From NCBI GenBank assembly GCA_965223265.1, contig OZ244999.1:1824001-1888000 (forward strand): a stretch of DNA of 64,000 nt, read 5' to 3'. The stretch comes from Planctomycetota bacterium. GTDB taxonomy: Bacteria; Planctomycetota; UBA8108; SXIK01. The translations under genes were made by a program, and so were the position numbers. The number at the start of each line of letters is the position of its first letter. The stretch's first letter is position 1. The notes under the pieces are model-generated. The model had not been told where the DNA came from. It did no database searches and worked only from the letters and a program-made list of their open reading frames with translations. Shown piece by piece: positions 10,901 to 20,254 of this stretch.

Positions 10901-13413
10901 GTCGCCCGAACGGCTGTCAGTCGGTTGTATTCAGCGAGTGCCAGATTCGGGAAGCGCTCGGGAAACGCCGCCGCAAGGAATTCTTGATGCAGGCGATGGA
11001 TGCGGACGTTTTGAAACAACGTCGGCAGAAGTTCGGTGTCGTCGCCACGCGCCGGCGCGACGAACTTGGTGGCTCGCAGCCTCGCGTCCGCCGTGCGTGC
11101 GACTGATACGTTCTCAAAGTCGAGCTCAGTGCAGATCTTCTCAAGGAAGAGATCGGTGATGGGGCGCGGCGCGTTGTTTTGAAAGACGGTGACGTTCTGT
11201 CCTTGGCGGTTGCCCGTGGCGAGATCATCGTCGCCGTCGAGATCGATGTCGCCCACGGCAGAGAAGCGCGGGCCGAGCCCTGATGGCAAGACCTGTTCCT
11301 GGAGGAACGTGCCGTCGCCGCGGCCAAGTGCTAGCGCCACGGTGTCGGTCTTCTCACTCGTCGAAGCGACGTCGACGTTCCCGTCGCTGTTGGCGTCGAG
11401 GACGGTTATGTTCGTCGGTTCGTGCGTCAGAGGAAACGTCACCGCCGAGTCGAACGTGCCGTCCTCGAGCTGGAGCCACACGGCGATGTCGTTGGTGAAG
11501 TTGTTGCCCGTTGTCAAGTCAACGTTGCCGTCGCCGTTGAAGTCAGCCGCGGCGATCGAAATCGGGCGCCCTGAAACCAAGAGCATCTCCGGCGCCGAAA
11601 AGGTTCTTGCTCCCTGATTGAAGATGACCGAGACGTCTGCCGAGCCTCGGTTCGCCGTCGCTAGGTCAACGTGGCCGTCACCGTCGATGTCCGCAGCTGC
11701 GACCGAAACCGGAGAGTCCCCGACCAGATAGTTCGACTGCTCGTTGAACGTTCCGTCGCCGCCGTTGAACAAGACCGTGACGTGATCTGCGCCAGCGTTC
11801 GGCGCTAGGATTTCGGGAAAACCATCGCCGGTGACATCCGCGGTCGTTGCGCGCGGTCCAGCGCCCCGGGTCTTGTAGACGATCCGCTCTGAGAACCCTC
11901 CGTGCCCATCGTTGAAGAAGAGACTGATGCTGGCGCCGGCGTAGAATGCGAGATCGAGGTTGCCGTCCTGATCGTAGTCGCCCTTCGTCAAACTGAAAAA
12001 GAGATGGTTCCGTTGGAACAAGAACCCGCCGTCGAACGTCCCATCCCCGTGTCCTTTGAGGAATGAGAACGAGCCGTCGCCTGAGTTGGCCGTGACGATA
12101 TCCGGCAGGCCGTCGCCATCGAAATCGCCGATCGTTATGTCATGCGGCCGGGCGAACGCTCGGTATTTCGCCGGCGCGACGAGGGCGCGAACGCCGTCGT
12201 CGCTGTTCCAAGAGATCGTCAGGTGCGTCGGATTCCCGGCACCGGATATGAGATCCGGATCGCCGTCGTCGTCGAGGTCTTCGGCTGCGAACGCATCGGC
12301 TGCCACCGAGACATCTACCCGCCCCGCGAAGCTCCCGTCACCGCGATTCCATAGCACGCTGACAATGCCGGGCACGAATGCCCCGACCGCAAGGTCGACG
12401 TGGCCGTCGAGATCGAAGTCAGCACACGCGATGCGGCTTCCAGCAACGAAGTAGGTGGCCTTCTCGACGAAGTTGCCGCTAGATTCATTGATCCAGATTT
12501 TGAGAAGATTGCGTCCACCAGCGACCAAGTCGATGTCGCCGTCACCGTCGAAGTCGGCGGCGTCGGCGAATCGCAGACTGTCGCCAACTTCGATCTCGAG
12601 CGGGGCACCGAAGGCGCCGCTGCCGTCGTTCCAAAGGACGGAAAGCGTCAGGGACGTCTCGTTAGCGACGACGATATCTGTGCTGCCATCACCGTTGAGA
12701 TCGGCGACGGCGAATCGGAGCGGCTTGTCACCTACCGCATAGCCGGCGGCCTCACCGAAGTTGCCCCCGCCGCTGCCGAGAAGAACGAACATGCGGTCCT
12801 CTATGGGATTTGAAACCACCAGGTCGACATTGCCGTCGCCAGAGAGGTCGGCGATACGGATCTGGCGCGCGAAGTTCGGGAGCGGCAACGGAGCGGGCAC
12901 GGTGAAGTCGCCGGTCCCGGAGTTGACAAGGAACTGGAGGAACTCGGAGTGGACACTCACAAGGTCCACGTCGCCGTCGGAGTCGAGGTCGCCGGCAGCC
13001 AGATCGAAGACTCGGGCGTCAATGGAGAGCTGGCGGTTCGGCTCAGGATCAAGAGCACCCGGCGCTTGGCTGTAAAACAGTGCTACGTTTGATGCATCGG
13101 GCGGCAAGTCATCCGCGACCGCTAGGTCCGTCAGGCCATCGCCGTTGAAATCGCCGAGGGCGACGCCGCGCGGGGTACCTTGTGCACCGAGCGGCAGGGA
13201 TTCGCCCCCGACCGCGGACCGGAAACGCTCGCATTCGTCCGGAATCGAGTTGGCGTTACAGTCGGCGCTGGTCCCCGACGACAAATCGTCTCGGTCGGGA
13301 ATGCCGTTCAAGTTGCAGTCTGCGCGCAGCCTGGGACCGACGCAAAGCACGATCGCAAGGAGTGCTGACGCGGCGCTGACCAGAGCCTGGCCGTCGTAGC
13401 GACGCTCGATCAT
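7981..13413 (-). CDS. Secreted multidomain protein: DCN repeats, FG-GAP/VCBS repeats, phospho-His + PEP/pyruvate-binding (ATP-grasp) dikinase-like module, C-terminal dockerin
   Basis: Signal peptide; DCNxNGIPD repeats; many DxDGDGxxDL repeats; LSHLLVRLARRGTP; FGGKASNL; RSSSNAED...GAGLYDS; DMEFK...QVRP; FRRGDVTGDGAVDVSDPIALLNFIF...ADANDDG. Confidence 0.88.
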   Translation of the reverse strand: MIERRYDGQALVSAASALLAIVLCVGPRLRADCNLNGIPDRDDLSSGTSADCNANSIPDECERFRSAVGGESLPLGAQGTPRGVALGDFNGDGLTDLAVADDLPPDASNVALFYSQAPGALDPEPNRQLSIDARVFDLAAGDLDSDGDVDLVSVHSEFLQFLVNSGTGDFTVPAPLPLPNFARQIRIADLSGDGNVDLVVSNPIEDRMFVLLGSGGGNFGEAAGYAVGDKPLRFAVADLNGDGSTDIVVANETSLTLSVLWNDGSGAFGAPLEIEVGDSLRFADAADFDGDGDIDLVAGGRNLLKIWINESSGNFVEKATYFVAGSRIACADFDLDGHVDLAVGAFVPGIVSVLWNRGDGSFAGRVDVSVAADAFAAEDLDDDGDPDLISGAGNPTHLTISWNSDDGVRALVAPAKYRAFARPHDITIGDFDGDGLPDIVTANSGDGSFSFLKGHGDGTFDGGFLFQRNHLFFSLTKGDYDQDGNLDLAFYAGASISLFFNDGHGGFSERIVYKTRGAGPRATTADVTGDGFPEILAPNAGADHVTVLFNGGDGTFNEQSNYLVGDSPVSVAAADIDGDGHVDLATANRGSADVSVIFNQGARTFSAPEMLLVSGRPISIAAADFNGDGNVDLTTGNNFTNDIAVWLQLEDGTFDSAVTFPLTHEPTNITVLDANSDGNVDVASTSEKTDTVALALGRGDGTFLQEQVLPSGLGPRFSAVGDIDLDGDDDLATGNRQGQNVTVFQNNAPRPITDLFLEKICTELDFENVSVARTADARLRATKFVAPARGDDTELLPTLFQNVRIHRLHQEFLAAAFPERFPNLALAEYNRLTAVRATRDYFAGAITQLRLESGEVVYGFDVAVDNSDPQELLTLDEVRDLHGRLEGLFLPDPLGYAPSTFAARERAANWVAPGFPIFDDTLSSGGDYTAYVRGVTFGRVRLMTREEFDDADRSGGWSLQTIVVVDEAPSDIRGIVGGVITGAPQSELSHLLVRLARRGTPNAFVAQALERLQSWDGQLVRLDVDTTSFTVEAASLDEATEFWASRGRTISVEPQIDPNFRHLATFEEINALDAPTAEFVPEARFGGKASNLARLQTVLTGDWSRYRERGFAVPIAHYLEFLRANTIGSIVDGRTVTYEESLLELFADGAFRSDPQVRVEALRALRQHMRTEGRVDPVLIQSIVARIEEVLGTPRSVRVRHRSSSNAEDALEFNGAGLYDSTAACIADQVDGDDVGPSLCDERQENERTIERALKRVWSSLWNFGAYEERDFFGIPQEMSAMAVLVNRAFVDEKVNGVAFTGNPSNAADRRYVITAQVGDVSVVSPPPGVLSEKSLLEVAGGEVVRILRASPSTLVEDGEFVMSDAKLSELGALMAHIDENFAVELGGVSRDQVLLDMEFKVLPDESLAVKQVRPFLLTEKPPPTPTFELLIPPGTEMCGVFAVAGVNRGLREEYELKSHVRFRAGPVPLPTLDSEFEVDLFDAVVIGPEETQAIPVGPGRMRVQVIPPSAARPEETIYRFTYSQDFHFGDDRSLTIELVTPLVLRARGDEPIGPSPELDEAFFTRSTGTEMFRARVEDMPLIQYGSCSYASLPLWSIETQLEDGTQLQLEERYDPASSEFETGPASLVRAEVTLGGSHQVIHEYFQLVYSAFRHNAAPRYWVVLDAPVNVAKIAEQVHAVELTAPEGDGQATATYLDADFEPLRRLEVTSYQRNEADDRPRFRRGDVTGDGAVDVSDPIALLNFIFRDGAPPACGSAADANDDGRHTLTDAVVLILHLFRGFGPLPAPAATCGADPTPDDLPCAEPPAC

Positions 13414-13569
13414 TTCCGTCCGCTTCCAACGGGCTGTTGTTAAGGACCAGGCCGAATCGTTGCTCGACGGCGCGGATTCAGCGGGGGATAGAGTAGTATA
13501 TTCTTCCAGATCGCCTTTCGATTGTCACGCCTTGGCGGAAGGCACGGAGCGGAGACCGAGGAACGGACC

Positions 13570-16500
13570 ATGCACGAGCGGCTGCTTTCTCGCAACATTC
13601 AACTCATGGTGGTGAGATCGCTCGTCGTCGTGATCACCCTCATGCTCGCGGGGACGTCCAGCGCTGTGGTTCGTGCTGCCGACGTCCGTGATCAGCTCGG
13701 TCGCCTCGAGATCAAACGCGGCATCTGCGTTCTTCTTGACGTGCGTGACGGGGATTATCCTCTCCAAATCGCACGCGCGAGTGATTGCATCGTCTACGCG
13801 CAGTCGCCGCACGAAGCGATCGTCCGTGCTTTACAGAAGGCCGCTATCGACGCCGGCATGTTCGGTACCCGCGTCTACGTCGAGCGCGGCAGCCTTGACC
13901 GGATACACCTGGCCGACAACCTTGCCGACGGCGTGATTGTCAACGTCACAGAGTCCCAGCGGCTCAGCCCACTTGCCCGCAGCGAGATTCTGCGTGTGCT
14001 TCATCCGGGTGCCAAGGCGATCCTCGGCACCGAGATTCTGACGAAACCCCGTCCTGATGGTGCCGACGACTGGGGCCATCCATATCACGGACCGGACAAC
14101 AATCCGCAATCGAGAGATCAAAACGCGCGCGCACCGTTTCTCACGCAGTTTCTCAGTGAGCCGTGGTATGCGCCGATGCCGCAGATCACGGTCGCGTCTG
14201 GTGGACGCGTGTTCAAAGCGTTCGGCCACGTCGCTATGAAGAAGCGTGAGTGGCCATGGCTCAACGTGTTGGTGGCGCTCAACGGATACAATGGCACACC
14301 GCTTTGGAAGCGGCAGTTGAGTCCGGGTTTCATGTTCCATCGAAGCACGCTCGTCGCGACGCCGGAAACCGTGTACCTCGGTGACGACAAGTCGACAAAG
14401 CTACTTGACGCGCGAACGGGGGAAGTGCGCGACGAAATCGTTGTCCCGAGAGAACTCGATCCTGACGGCGTCTGGAAGTGGATGGCGCTCGAACGTGGAG
14501 TTCTGTACGCCTTAGTCGGCGCGAAAGAACGACCAGATGTTGTCCTGCGCGGACGGCGGGATGCGCCCGGTTGGCCCTGGAGTGGAATGGGGCGTGGATA
14601 CGCTCGCGAGACTCCATACGAGTGGGGATTCGGTCGGACTTTACTGGCGATCGACCTGCGAACCAAAGACGTGCTGTGGAGCCACAAATCATCGACACCG
14701 ATTGACAGTCGAGCTGTGTGCAGTACAGACGGTCGCATCTACTTCTACAGCCACCAGAGCTACTTGGCTTGCATAGACGCAGCAAGCGGTGAGATCTGTT
14801 GGCAGACCTCTGACCCAGATCTCTTGGCAGCCATCGGAGAACACGACGGCGCGCAGACACCGCCGAAAGGCTTTTCTAGTAGTGCGTACGTCAAAGCCAA
14901 CTCCCGGGGGATCTACTTCGCTGGTCCTCAGAGAACCGCGCTTGTGGCAGTGAACCCGCGGAGCGGCGAGCTGCTGTGGACGTACCCGCACGGAAACTAT
15001 CAGCTCCTCCTTCGCGACGATGGTCTCTACGCCATGGGTCGCATGGAAACCAGCAAGGTCTTCGAGTATAGCACCGGCGCTGTGTTGGCCGACCTCGAGT
15101 GCTATCGTGGCAACTGCACGCGCGCCACCGGCGGTGTCAATGACATCTATACACGCGGCTACCGCCACACTGGCACGATGCGTCTTGACCTTTCCGGGGA
15201 GAAGCCGAACGCGCGTCGACTCCCCCTCATGCGGCCAGCGTGTCAGGATGGGGTGATCATTTCGGAGGGCCACCTTTATTGGGGACCGTGGATGTGCGAC
15301 TGCAATCATTCTTTGGTTGGCGTTGTTTGTCTCTCGCCTGCAGGTGACTTCGACTTTTCTCAGCCTGCCGCTGAAGCGGAGCGACTGGAGGTCATGTCTG
15401 CGGCGAAATATAGCGAGGCCTCCGAGCCGCTGTCGAACGATTGGCCGAGCTATCGTGGTGGTCCCACTCGACTGGCAAGCACCGACGCCGACCTTACCGC
15501 GAAGAGCGAAGAGCTGTGGAGAATCGGCGGGAGGGGCGTCGAGCCGACGGCGCCAGTCGTTCAAGGATCGCTCGTTGTGTGGAGCGGACTCGACGGCATC
15601 GTGCACGGGGTCGACGTCACGACGGGCGAACGACGTTGGACCTTCGCGACTGGCGGCGCCGTGCGCTTTCCCCCGGAACTGGCGTACGGGAGCGTGTATG
15701 TCGGCTCGGGCGACGGTTGGGTCTATTCGCTCTCGCAGCAGACCGGCGAGCTGCAGTGGCGATTTCGCGCCGCACCAGCTGAGCGCAAGATTGCGGTTCA
15801 CGGCCAACTCGTCTCGACGTGGCCGGTGGGCAGCGGCGTGCTTGTCGCAGATGGAGTCGTGTATGCTGCGGCGGGTATTGCCAGTCATGACGGCACCCAC
15901 GTGTACGCACTGGATGCCCGCACAGGAAAAATTCGCTGGCAGAACAACACGTCGGGGCATCTGCTTGGAGACGACCAAGTCAGCGGCATCAGCGTGCAGG
16001 GGCACCTGTTGCTGCACGACGATCGCCTCTATCTCGCCGGCGGCAACGTGATATCTCCTGCCGTCTACGATGTCGCGAACGGGCGCTGCTTGAACGAGAT
16101 CTCCAGCGAATGGTTCGTCGATCCGGGCAACCTCACAGAGGAGTTTCCTAGCCGGCCGCACGACTCGATGTTCTTGCGCGCACCGCGTGGGCGCGAACTC
16201 TCTCTCGTCGATGGCGCTGTCCGCGTCTTCGACGAGCTCCTCTATGCGCCGCCGCAATACCAACGTGCCCGTTACTTCGGTGGCCGCTTTCTCCACGCCT
16301 CACGTGGAGATGTCGTCGTGCGTGCGGAAGCCGGGCGTGTCCTACGGCTCACGTCAGGCGAACGCGCACGTGCTCGGAGGCGGGCACGCGCCGAGCGGCC
16401 GGCGCGCAGCAGTACACTGGCTGACGAGCTCGGCGACGGCGATGTGGTCTGGTCACGCGGCGGCTTGGTTCAGCCGCTGGGGCTCGCGCTGGCTCGGAAC

Positions 16501-16896
16501 GCTGCTGTCGTCGTCGGCACGCACGGCTCCGGCGCGGCTGTATCAAACGCTCAGGTGCAGGTGCTGGGTATCGATGACGGAGAGTTGTTGTGGGACGCGA
16601 CGCTCGATGCCGAGCCGGTTGCGTGGGGGGTGGCGATTGATCGCCGAGGCTGCGTTGTGGTCACTACCGCCGACGGAGGTGTTGCTTGCTTCGGCGGAGG
16701 CGCCGCCGCGGCGACGCGGGCACCGTCGGAGGACAGAGACGGAGGCAGAGACGGAGACGGAGACAGAGACGGAGACGGAGACAGAGACGGAGACGGAGAC
16801 AGAGACGGAGACGGAGACAGAGACGGAGACGGAAACAGAGACGGAGGCAGAGACGGAGGCAGAGACGGAGACGGAAACAGAGACGGAGAGACATAG
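13570..16896 (+). CDS. PQQ-binding-like beta-propeller repeat protein with N-terminal methyltransferase-like domain
   Basis: Signal peptide; EILRVLHPG, DDWGHPYHGPDNN, WPSYRG, VYVGSGDGWVY, GELQWRFRAAP. The C-terminus runs into a microsatellite. Confidence 0.85.
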   Translation: MHERLLSRNIQLMVVRSLVVVITLMLAGTSSAVVRAADVRDQLGRLEIKRGICVLLDVRDGDYPLQIARASDCIVYAQSPHEAIVRALQKAAIDAGMFGTRVYVERGSLDRIHLADNLADGVIVNVTESQRLSPLARSEILRVLHPGAKAILGTEILTKPRPDGADDWGHPYHGPDNNPQSRDQNARAPFLTQFLSEPWYAPMPQITVASGGRVFKAFGHVAMKKREWPWLNVLVALNGYNGTPLWKRQLSPGFMFHRSTLVATPETVYLGDDKSTKLLDARTGEVRDEIVVPRELDPDGVWKWMALERGVLYALVGAKERPDVVLRGRRDAPGWPWSGMGRGYARETPYEWGFGRTLLAIDLRTKDVLWSHKSSTPIDSRAVCSTDGRIYFYSHQSYLACIDAASGEICWQTSDPDLLAAIGEHDGAQTPPKGFSSSAYVKANSRGIYFAGPQRTALVAVNPRSGELLWTYPHGNYQLLLRDDGLYAMGRMETSKVFEYSTGAVLADLECYRGNCTRATGGVNDIYTRGYRHTGTMRLDLSGEKPNARRLPLMRPACQDGVIISEGHLYWGPWMCDCNHSLVGVVCLSPAGDFDFSQPAAEAERLEVMSAAKYSEASEPLSNDWPSYRGGPTRLASTDADLTAKSEELWRIGGRGVEPTAPVVQGSLVVWSGLDGIVHGVDVTTGERRWTFATGGAVRFPPELAYGSVYVGSGDGWVYSLSQQTGELQWRFRAAPAERKIAVHGQLVSTWPVGSGVLVADGVVYAAAGIASHDGTHVYALDARTGKIRWQNNTSGHLLGDDQVSGISVQGHLLLHDDRLYLAGGNVISPAVYDVANGRCLNEISSEWFVDPGNLTEEFPSRPHDSMFLRAPRGRELSLVDGAVRVFDELLYAPPQYQRARYFGGRFLHASRGDVVVRAEAGRVLRLTSGERARARRRARAERPARSSTLADELGDGDVVWSRGGLVQPLGLALARNAAVVVGTHGSGAAVSNAQVQVLGIDDGELLWDATLDAEPVAWGVAIDRRGCVVVTTADGGVACFGGGAAAATRAPSEDRDGGRDGDGDRDGDGDRDGDGDRDGDGDRDGDGNRDGGRDGGRDGDGNRDGET
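16732..16893 (+). repeat. Hexamer-based tandem repeat (GACAGA/GACGGA; 18-bp unit) encoding a DRDGDG tail
   Basis: Direct reading: gacagagacggagacgga repeated with variants. Confidence 0.95.
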
Positions 16897-16950
16897 GCGG
16901 AGGCGCAGACGAGAAGCGGACGTACACGCTTGCGCACACCTCGATACCCG

Positions 16951-17027
16951 CACGCCCACGCCCACGCCCACGCCCACGCCCACGCAAACGCAAACGCAAA
17001 CGCAAACGCAAACGCAAACGCAAACGC
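16951..17027 (+). repeat. Compound hexanucleotide microsatellite (CACGCC)5 followed by (AACGCA)n
   Basis: Direct reading, intergenic between convergent genes. Confidence 0.95.
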
Positions 17028-17102
17028 GAACGGCTCAGACAGGGCTACGGAACCCGACGCTCACGCGTCGATGAGCCGGCACGTACAGGCACAGGCAATG
17101 AC

Positions 17103-18119
17103 CTACCGAGACGGCTGCATGCCGCCGCGAATCGCCCCTGCGGCAGTTGCGCCGTAGTTTGCCGCGAAGGCCGCGTCGAGCGGGCGACTGTTCGGCACCG
17201 CGAGCCAGATTCTCAGCAGGTGGCGGCGGAGCTCGGGGGTGTCGTGGTCGACGAACTCTTCGCGCCGGTGAAGCGTCACCCAATTGTTGAGAAACAGAAT
17301 GTCGCCGGGTTGTTGCGTAAAACTAACGTGAAATTCTGGGTTCTCGGCCAGCTTTTCGATCGCGTCAAGAGCTTCCCTTTGCACCGCGCTCATGTCAGGC
17401 AACTCCGGCATGGCGTAGGCTCGTTCGATCAGGACGCGCAGTAGGTTCGCTGCGAAGTGGTTTTCGCAAAACGAGAAGATCGGCTGTGCGCAGTAGGGGC
17501 GCTCGTTGCCGAGGTCGACGTTGTGCCGCTTGTAGTAGTAGGGCTGCATGAGGACTCGGAGGAGATCGGGCCGCGTCTCGAGGAGCTCGTTGTAAATCGA
17601 CACGGAACTGACGATTCGGTTCTCGCCGCCGGATCTCGCCTGTCTCACACAGAGAAATGAGATGACGTCGCAGCGGTCCGTGTGAAAACTGAGCCGCTTT
17701 CGCGTGTTCGGACCGCGGGCGCGCGGATCTTCTTTTGCATAGCCTTCGTCGCGAACGCTGAAGATACGCTCGCCGTTCGCGCTTTGGGAAAGCGGCGTGC
17801 CGACGTGGCGTGCGAGCCCCCAAAAAAGTGTTCGGAGTTCGGTCTCGTCATACGCTTCGATCGGCAAGCCACGGATCATCGTCGCGCCTGATCCGTGCTC
17901 GAGCGAGTGCTGGATGGCCGCCAAGCGCTCGCCGAATCGCGGCAAGGGAAAGGTCTCGGACGTTACCGCATCGAGGTCAAGTCGCTGAGTTGTGACTGCC
18001 TTCACTGCTCGAGTCAGCTCCGATACCTCTTCGGCTGCCAGAGTGTGGAGCCAATCAGCCCGTTCGAAGAGCTCAGCGCCGCGCCAAGCCGCAGAGGTTT
18101 CAAGAGGTTTCGCGTTCAT
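17103..18119 (-). CDS. TauD/TfdA family Fe(II)/2-oxoglutarate dioxygenase
   Basis: FHTDRCD (HxD), GGENRIVSS, QPGDILFLNN..LHRR, RHLLRIWL. Start reassigned to MNAKP at 18119. Confidence 0.9.
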   Translation of the reverse strand: MNAKPLETSAAWRGAELFERADWLHTLAAEEVSELTRAVKAVTTQRLDLDAVTSETFPLPRFGERLAAIQHSLEHGSGATMIRGLPIEAYDETELRTLFWGLARHVGTPLSQSANGERIFSVRDEGYAKEDPRARGPNTRKRLSFHTDRCDVISFLCVRQARSGGENRIVSSVSIYNELLETRPDLLRVLMQPYYYKRHNVDLGNERPYCAQPIFSFCENHFAANLLRVLIERAYAMPELPDMSAVQREALDAIEKLAENPEFHVSFTQQPGDILFLNNWVTLHRREEFVDHDTPELRRHLLRIWLAVPNSRPLDAAFAANYGATAAGAIRGGMQPSR

Positions 18120-18260
18120 GGCGTCTATCTTACTCGACAGGTTGTTGAACTTGAGGCCGCGCTTGGCGACATTGTTGCCACGTGATCCATTCGCGTCGCG
18201 GGCGATGACGTCTTCAGGATTGCGTACCAGTCCGCGCCACGCGGAGGAACGGAGAACAGT

Positions 18261-19169
18261 ATGACAGCTTCGCCTCGGTCTGAGTGCGTTCTTGAGCTCG
18301 ACCAACAGCGCCAGGTCGTCTCAGGTAGTGAAGAGAAGCTCGCAGCAGCGATCCGTCGCGGTGCGGATCTTCGCATCCATACCGATTTTCACTGGAACGA
18401 TCACGTCCAACCTGGGTCAGCTAACCCCGAGCTTGTTGAGGAGGTTGGCATCTTTCAGACCACCTATCTGGTGGAAGGCCATTGGGTGGCCGGCATCGTG
18501 ACGCTGCGTCAGCCACACAATCCCATGCTCGGTTTCGGTCCGCGCCCCTCCATGTCGTTCTTCATGTACAACCAAAACGGTCAGCAGGCGGTGGCGCGCC
18601 CCTATCTTGACGGTGAGCCCACGACAGGAAAGCTCGGTCCCTCGCCCGTGCGGCCTGATCCACAGGCGCCGAAGTACGAGCCGCTCGATTCTTGGGACGC
18701 CGGCACGAACGCACCCAGCGTCAACTTTGTCTGGAACTTTGAGAAGTTTCGCTTCCTGGTGCGGGACGATTGGCAGGAGGTCTATGCGTGCGGCGCGGAC
18801 GGGGCGGTGACGTCCGGGTCGCTGGCCGATCTGCGCGCGGCTTTCATCGACGGTGCTGCCGTCAAGGTCGGCATCCGTGGCCTGTGTCGCGATCTCGCGG
18901 CGGACTCCGCCGCAGCGCTCGAGCATGAGGTGTTCTTCGAAGTCGGCGTCAGTTTCTATCAGCGCGACAGCAAGGTTTTGAGCGGTGGTACGTACCCGTT
19001 CATCCGTGTGCGCCCCGGGGTGCCGATGAAGTACACCTCTGGCGGCTGGGACTTCGGCTGGGGATTCGTGCGCACCGACGGCTACGTCGAGCGTTGGCTT
19101 GTCGATCCGTACACGCTCAAGTTTGAAAAGAGCAGCGATCGCTGTGCCATGCGCTGGTTCGTTCGGTAG
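18261..19169 (+). CDS. Hypothetical protein (duplicated GSxxxLxxAxxxGA motif)
   Basis: 302-aa ORF with RBS-like GGAG; two copies of a similar motif (GSEEKLAAAIRRGAD / GSLADLRAAFIDGAA). Confidence 0.75.
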   Translation: MTASPRSECVLELDQQRQVVSGSEEKLAAAIRRGADLRIHTDFHWNDHVQPGSANPELVEEVGIFQTTYLVEGHWVAGIVTLRQPHNPMLGFGPRPSMSFFMYNQNGQQAVARPYLDGEPTTGKLGPSPVRPDPQAPKYEPLDSWDAGTNAPSVNFVWNFEKFRFLVRDDWQEVYACGADGAVTSGSLADLRAAFIDGAAVKVGIRGLCRDLAADSAAALEHEVFFEVGVSFYQRDSKVLSGGTYPFIRVRPGVPMKYTSGGWDFGWGFVRTDGYVERWLVDPYTLKFEKSSDRCAMRWFVR

Positions 19170-19205
19170 TGATCCCTCGAGGACGAAAAGGACGCGATGA
19201 ATTTA

Positions 19206-19233
19206 TTGACATATCGAGATATCACGATATATT
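19206..19233 (+). promoter_or_regulatory. Sigma70-type promoter (TTGACA-16-TATATT) overlapped by palindromic operator ATATCG-N8-CGATAT
   Basis: ttgacatatcgagatatcacgatatatt directly upstream of the ArsR ATG at 19240. Confidence 0.8.
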
Positions 19234-19239
19234 TACCTT

Positions 19240-19617
19240 ATGAGATCAACGAAGACCGGAAACAAGTCCGTTAGAGCCAGGAGCGCTAAAGCACGGCCGA
19301 AGCGAAGAAAGGCGGTGCGCCCGACGCTTGACTGGGACGCCCTGACCCGAGCTGCCGAGTGCCTGAAGGTGCTAGCTCATCCGGCGCGCCTGCGTATGGT
19401 GCAGATGCTCTTAGGTGGCCGTTACAGCGTTGGGGAGCTTGCCGAAGCTTGTGCCATTCAGAGCCATATGGCGTCCGAGCACCTTCGACTCCTTCAGCGG
19501 TGCGGCTTTCTGGGCAGTGAGCGTCAGGGGAAAAACACTTTCTACAGCGTGGCCGAACCACACCTCGAGAGCCTGATGGCTTGCATCGAAAACCGTTTCG
19601 GCGGCAACAGCCCGTGA
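19240..19617 (+). CDS. ArsR/SmtB family transcriptional regulator (probable persulfide sensor)
   Basis: LKVLAHPARL, VGELAE, SEHLRLL, RQGKNTFYS; four Cys; heads a sulfur operon. Confidence 0.92.
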   Translation: MRSTKTGNKSVRARSAKARPKRRKAVRPTLDWDALTRAAECLKVLAHPARLRMVQMLLGGRYSVGELAEACAIQSHMASEHLRLLQRCGFLGSERQGKNTFYSVAEPHLESLMACIENRFGGNSP

Positions 19618-19639
19618 ACACCAGTTCCGTTTTTTCTAA

Positions 19640-19659
19640 ATATCGTCATCTCTCGATCT
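19640..19659 (+). promoter_or_regulatory. Second operator copy ATATCG-N8-CGATCT
   Basis: atatcgtcatctctcgatct between arsR and the rhodanese gene; same geometry as 19211-19230. Confidence 0.7.
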
Positions 19660-19699
19660 TTTGGACTCATTCTGTGGAACGTTCCTGTGGAGCACATCT

Positions 19700-20254
19700 A
19701 TGACACAGCCTACGATCACTCCAGCGGAGCTTTACCGATTGCGAAGCGAGGGCGAACCCGTCGAGTTGATCGACGTTCGAACGCCTGCCGAGTTTCGTGA
19801 GGTGCATGTCGAGTTCGCGCGCAATGTCCCGCTTGATCAGGTCACACGCGTCGCGACTGCGCCGAGCGAGCACGGATCTCCCAATTCTCTCTACATCATC
19901 TGTAAGAGTGGCAGTCGGGCGCGCCGCGCGGCCGAGAAACTCACTCATGCCGGTTCGGAGCGAACTGTCGTGGTCGAAGGCGGCACCGAAGCCTGGGTCG
20001 ATGCGGGTCTTCCCGTCCGACGCGGCAAGAAAGCGATCTCGCTTGAGAGGCAGGTGAGGATCGCCGCCGGCTCACTTGTTGTGCTGGGTGTTGTACTTGC
20101 CGCGACCATGCACCCATACTTCGTCGCGCTGGCGGGCTTCGTCGGTGCCGGCCTCATCTTTGCAGGCGTGACCGACACCTGTGGCATGGGGATGGTGCTG
20201 GCAAGGATGCCCTGGAATCGAGCGTCGAAGGAGGCTAAGGCATGTTCGAACTGA
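19700..20254 (+). CDS. Rhodanese-domain + DUF2892 membrane protein (YgaP-like sulfurtransferase)
   Basis: LIDVRTPAEF, ICKSGSRA, EGGTEAW, SLERQVRIAAG, AGVTDTCGM..LARMPWN. Confidence 0.92.
   Translation: MTQPTITPAELYRLRSEGEPVELIDVRTPAEFREVHVEFARNVPLDQVTRVATAPSEHGSPNSLYIICKSGSRARRAAEKLTHAGSERTVVVEGGTEAWVDAGLPVRRGKKAISLERQVRIAAGSLVVLGVVLAATMHPYFVALAGFVGAGLIFAGVTDTCGMGMVLARMPWNRASKEAKACSN

Noticed and set aside
16732-17027. Possible CRISPR array
   Set aside because: Contiguous short tandem units with no unique spacers; no cas genes.
16187-17444. Alternative-frame ORFs with (ET)n, (PT)n(QT)n, (RRRRRQ)n and (HA)n(NA)n
   Set aside because: By-products of stop-free hexamer repeats that overlap real genes; no RBS or domain support.
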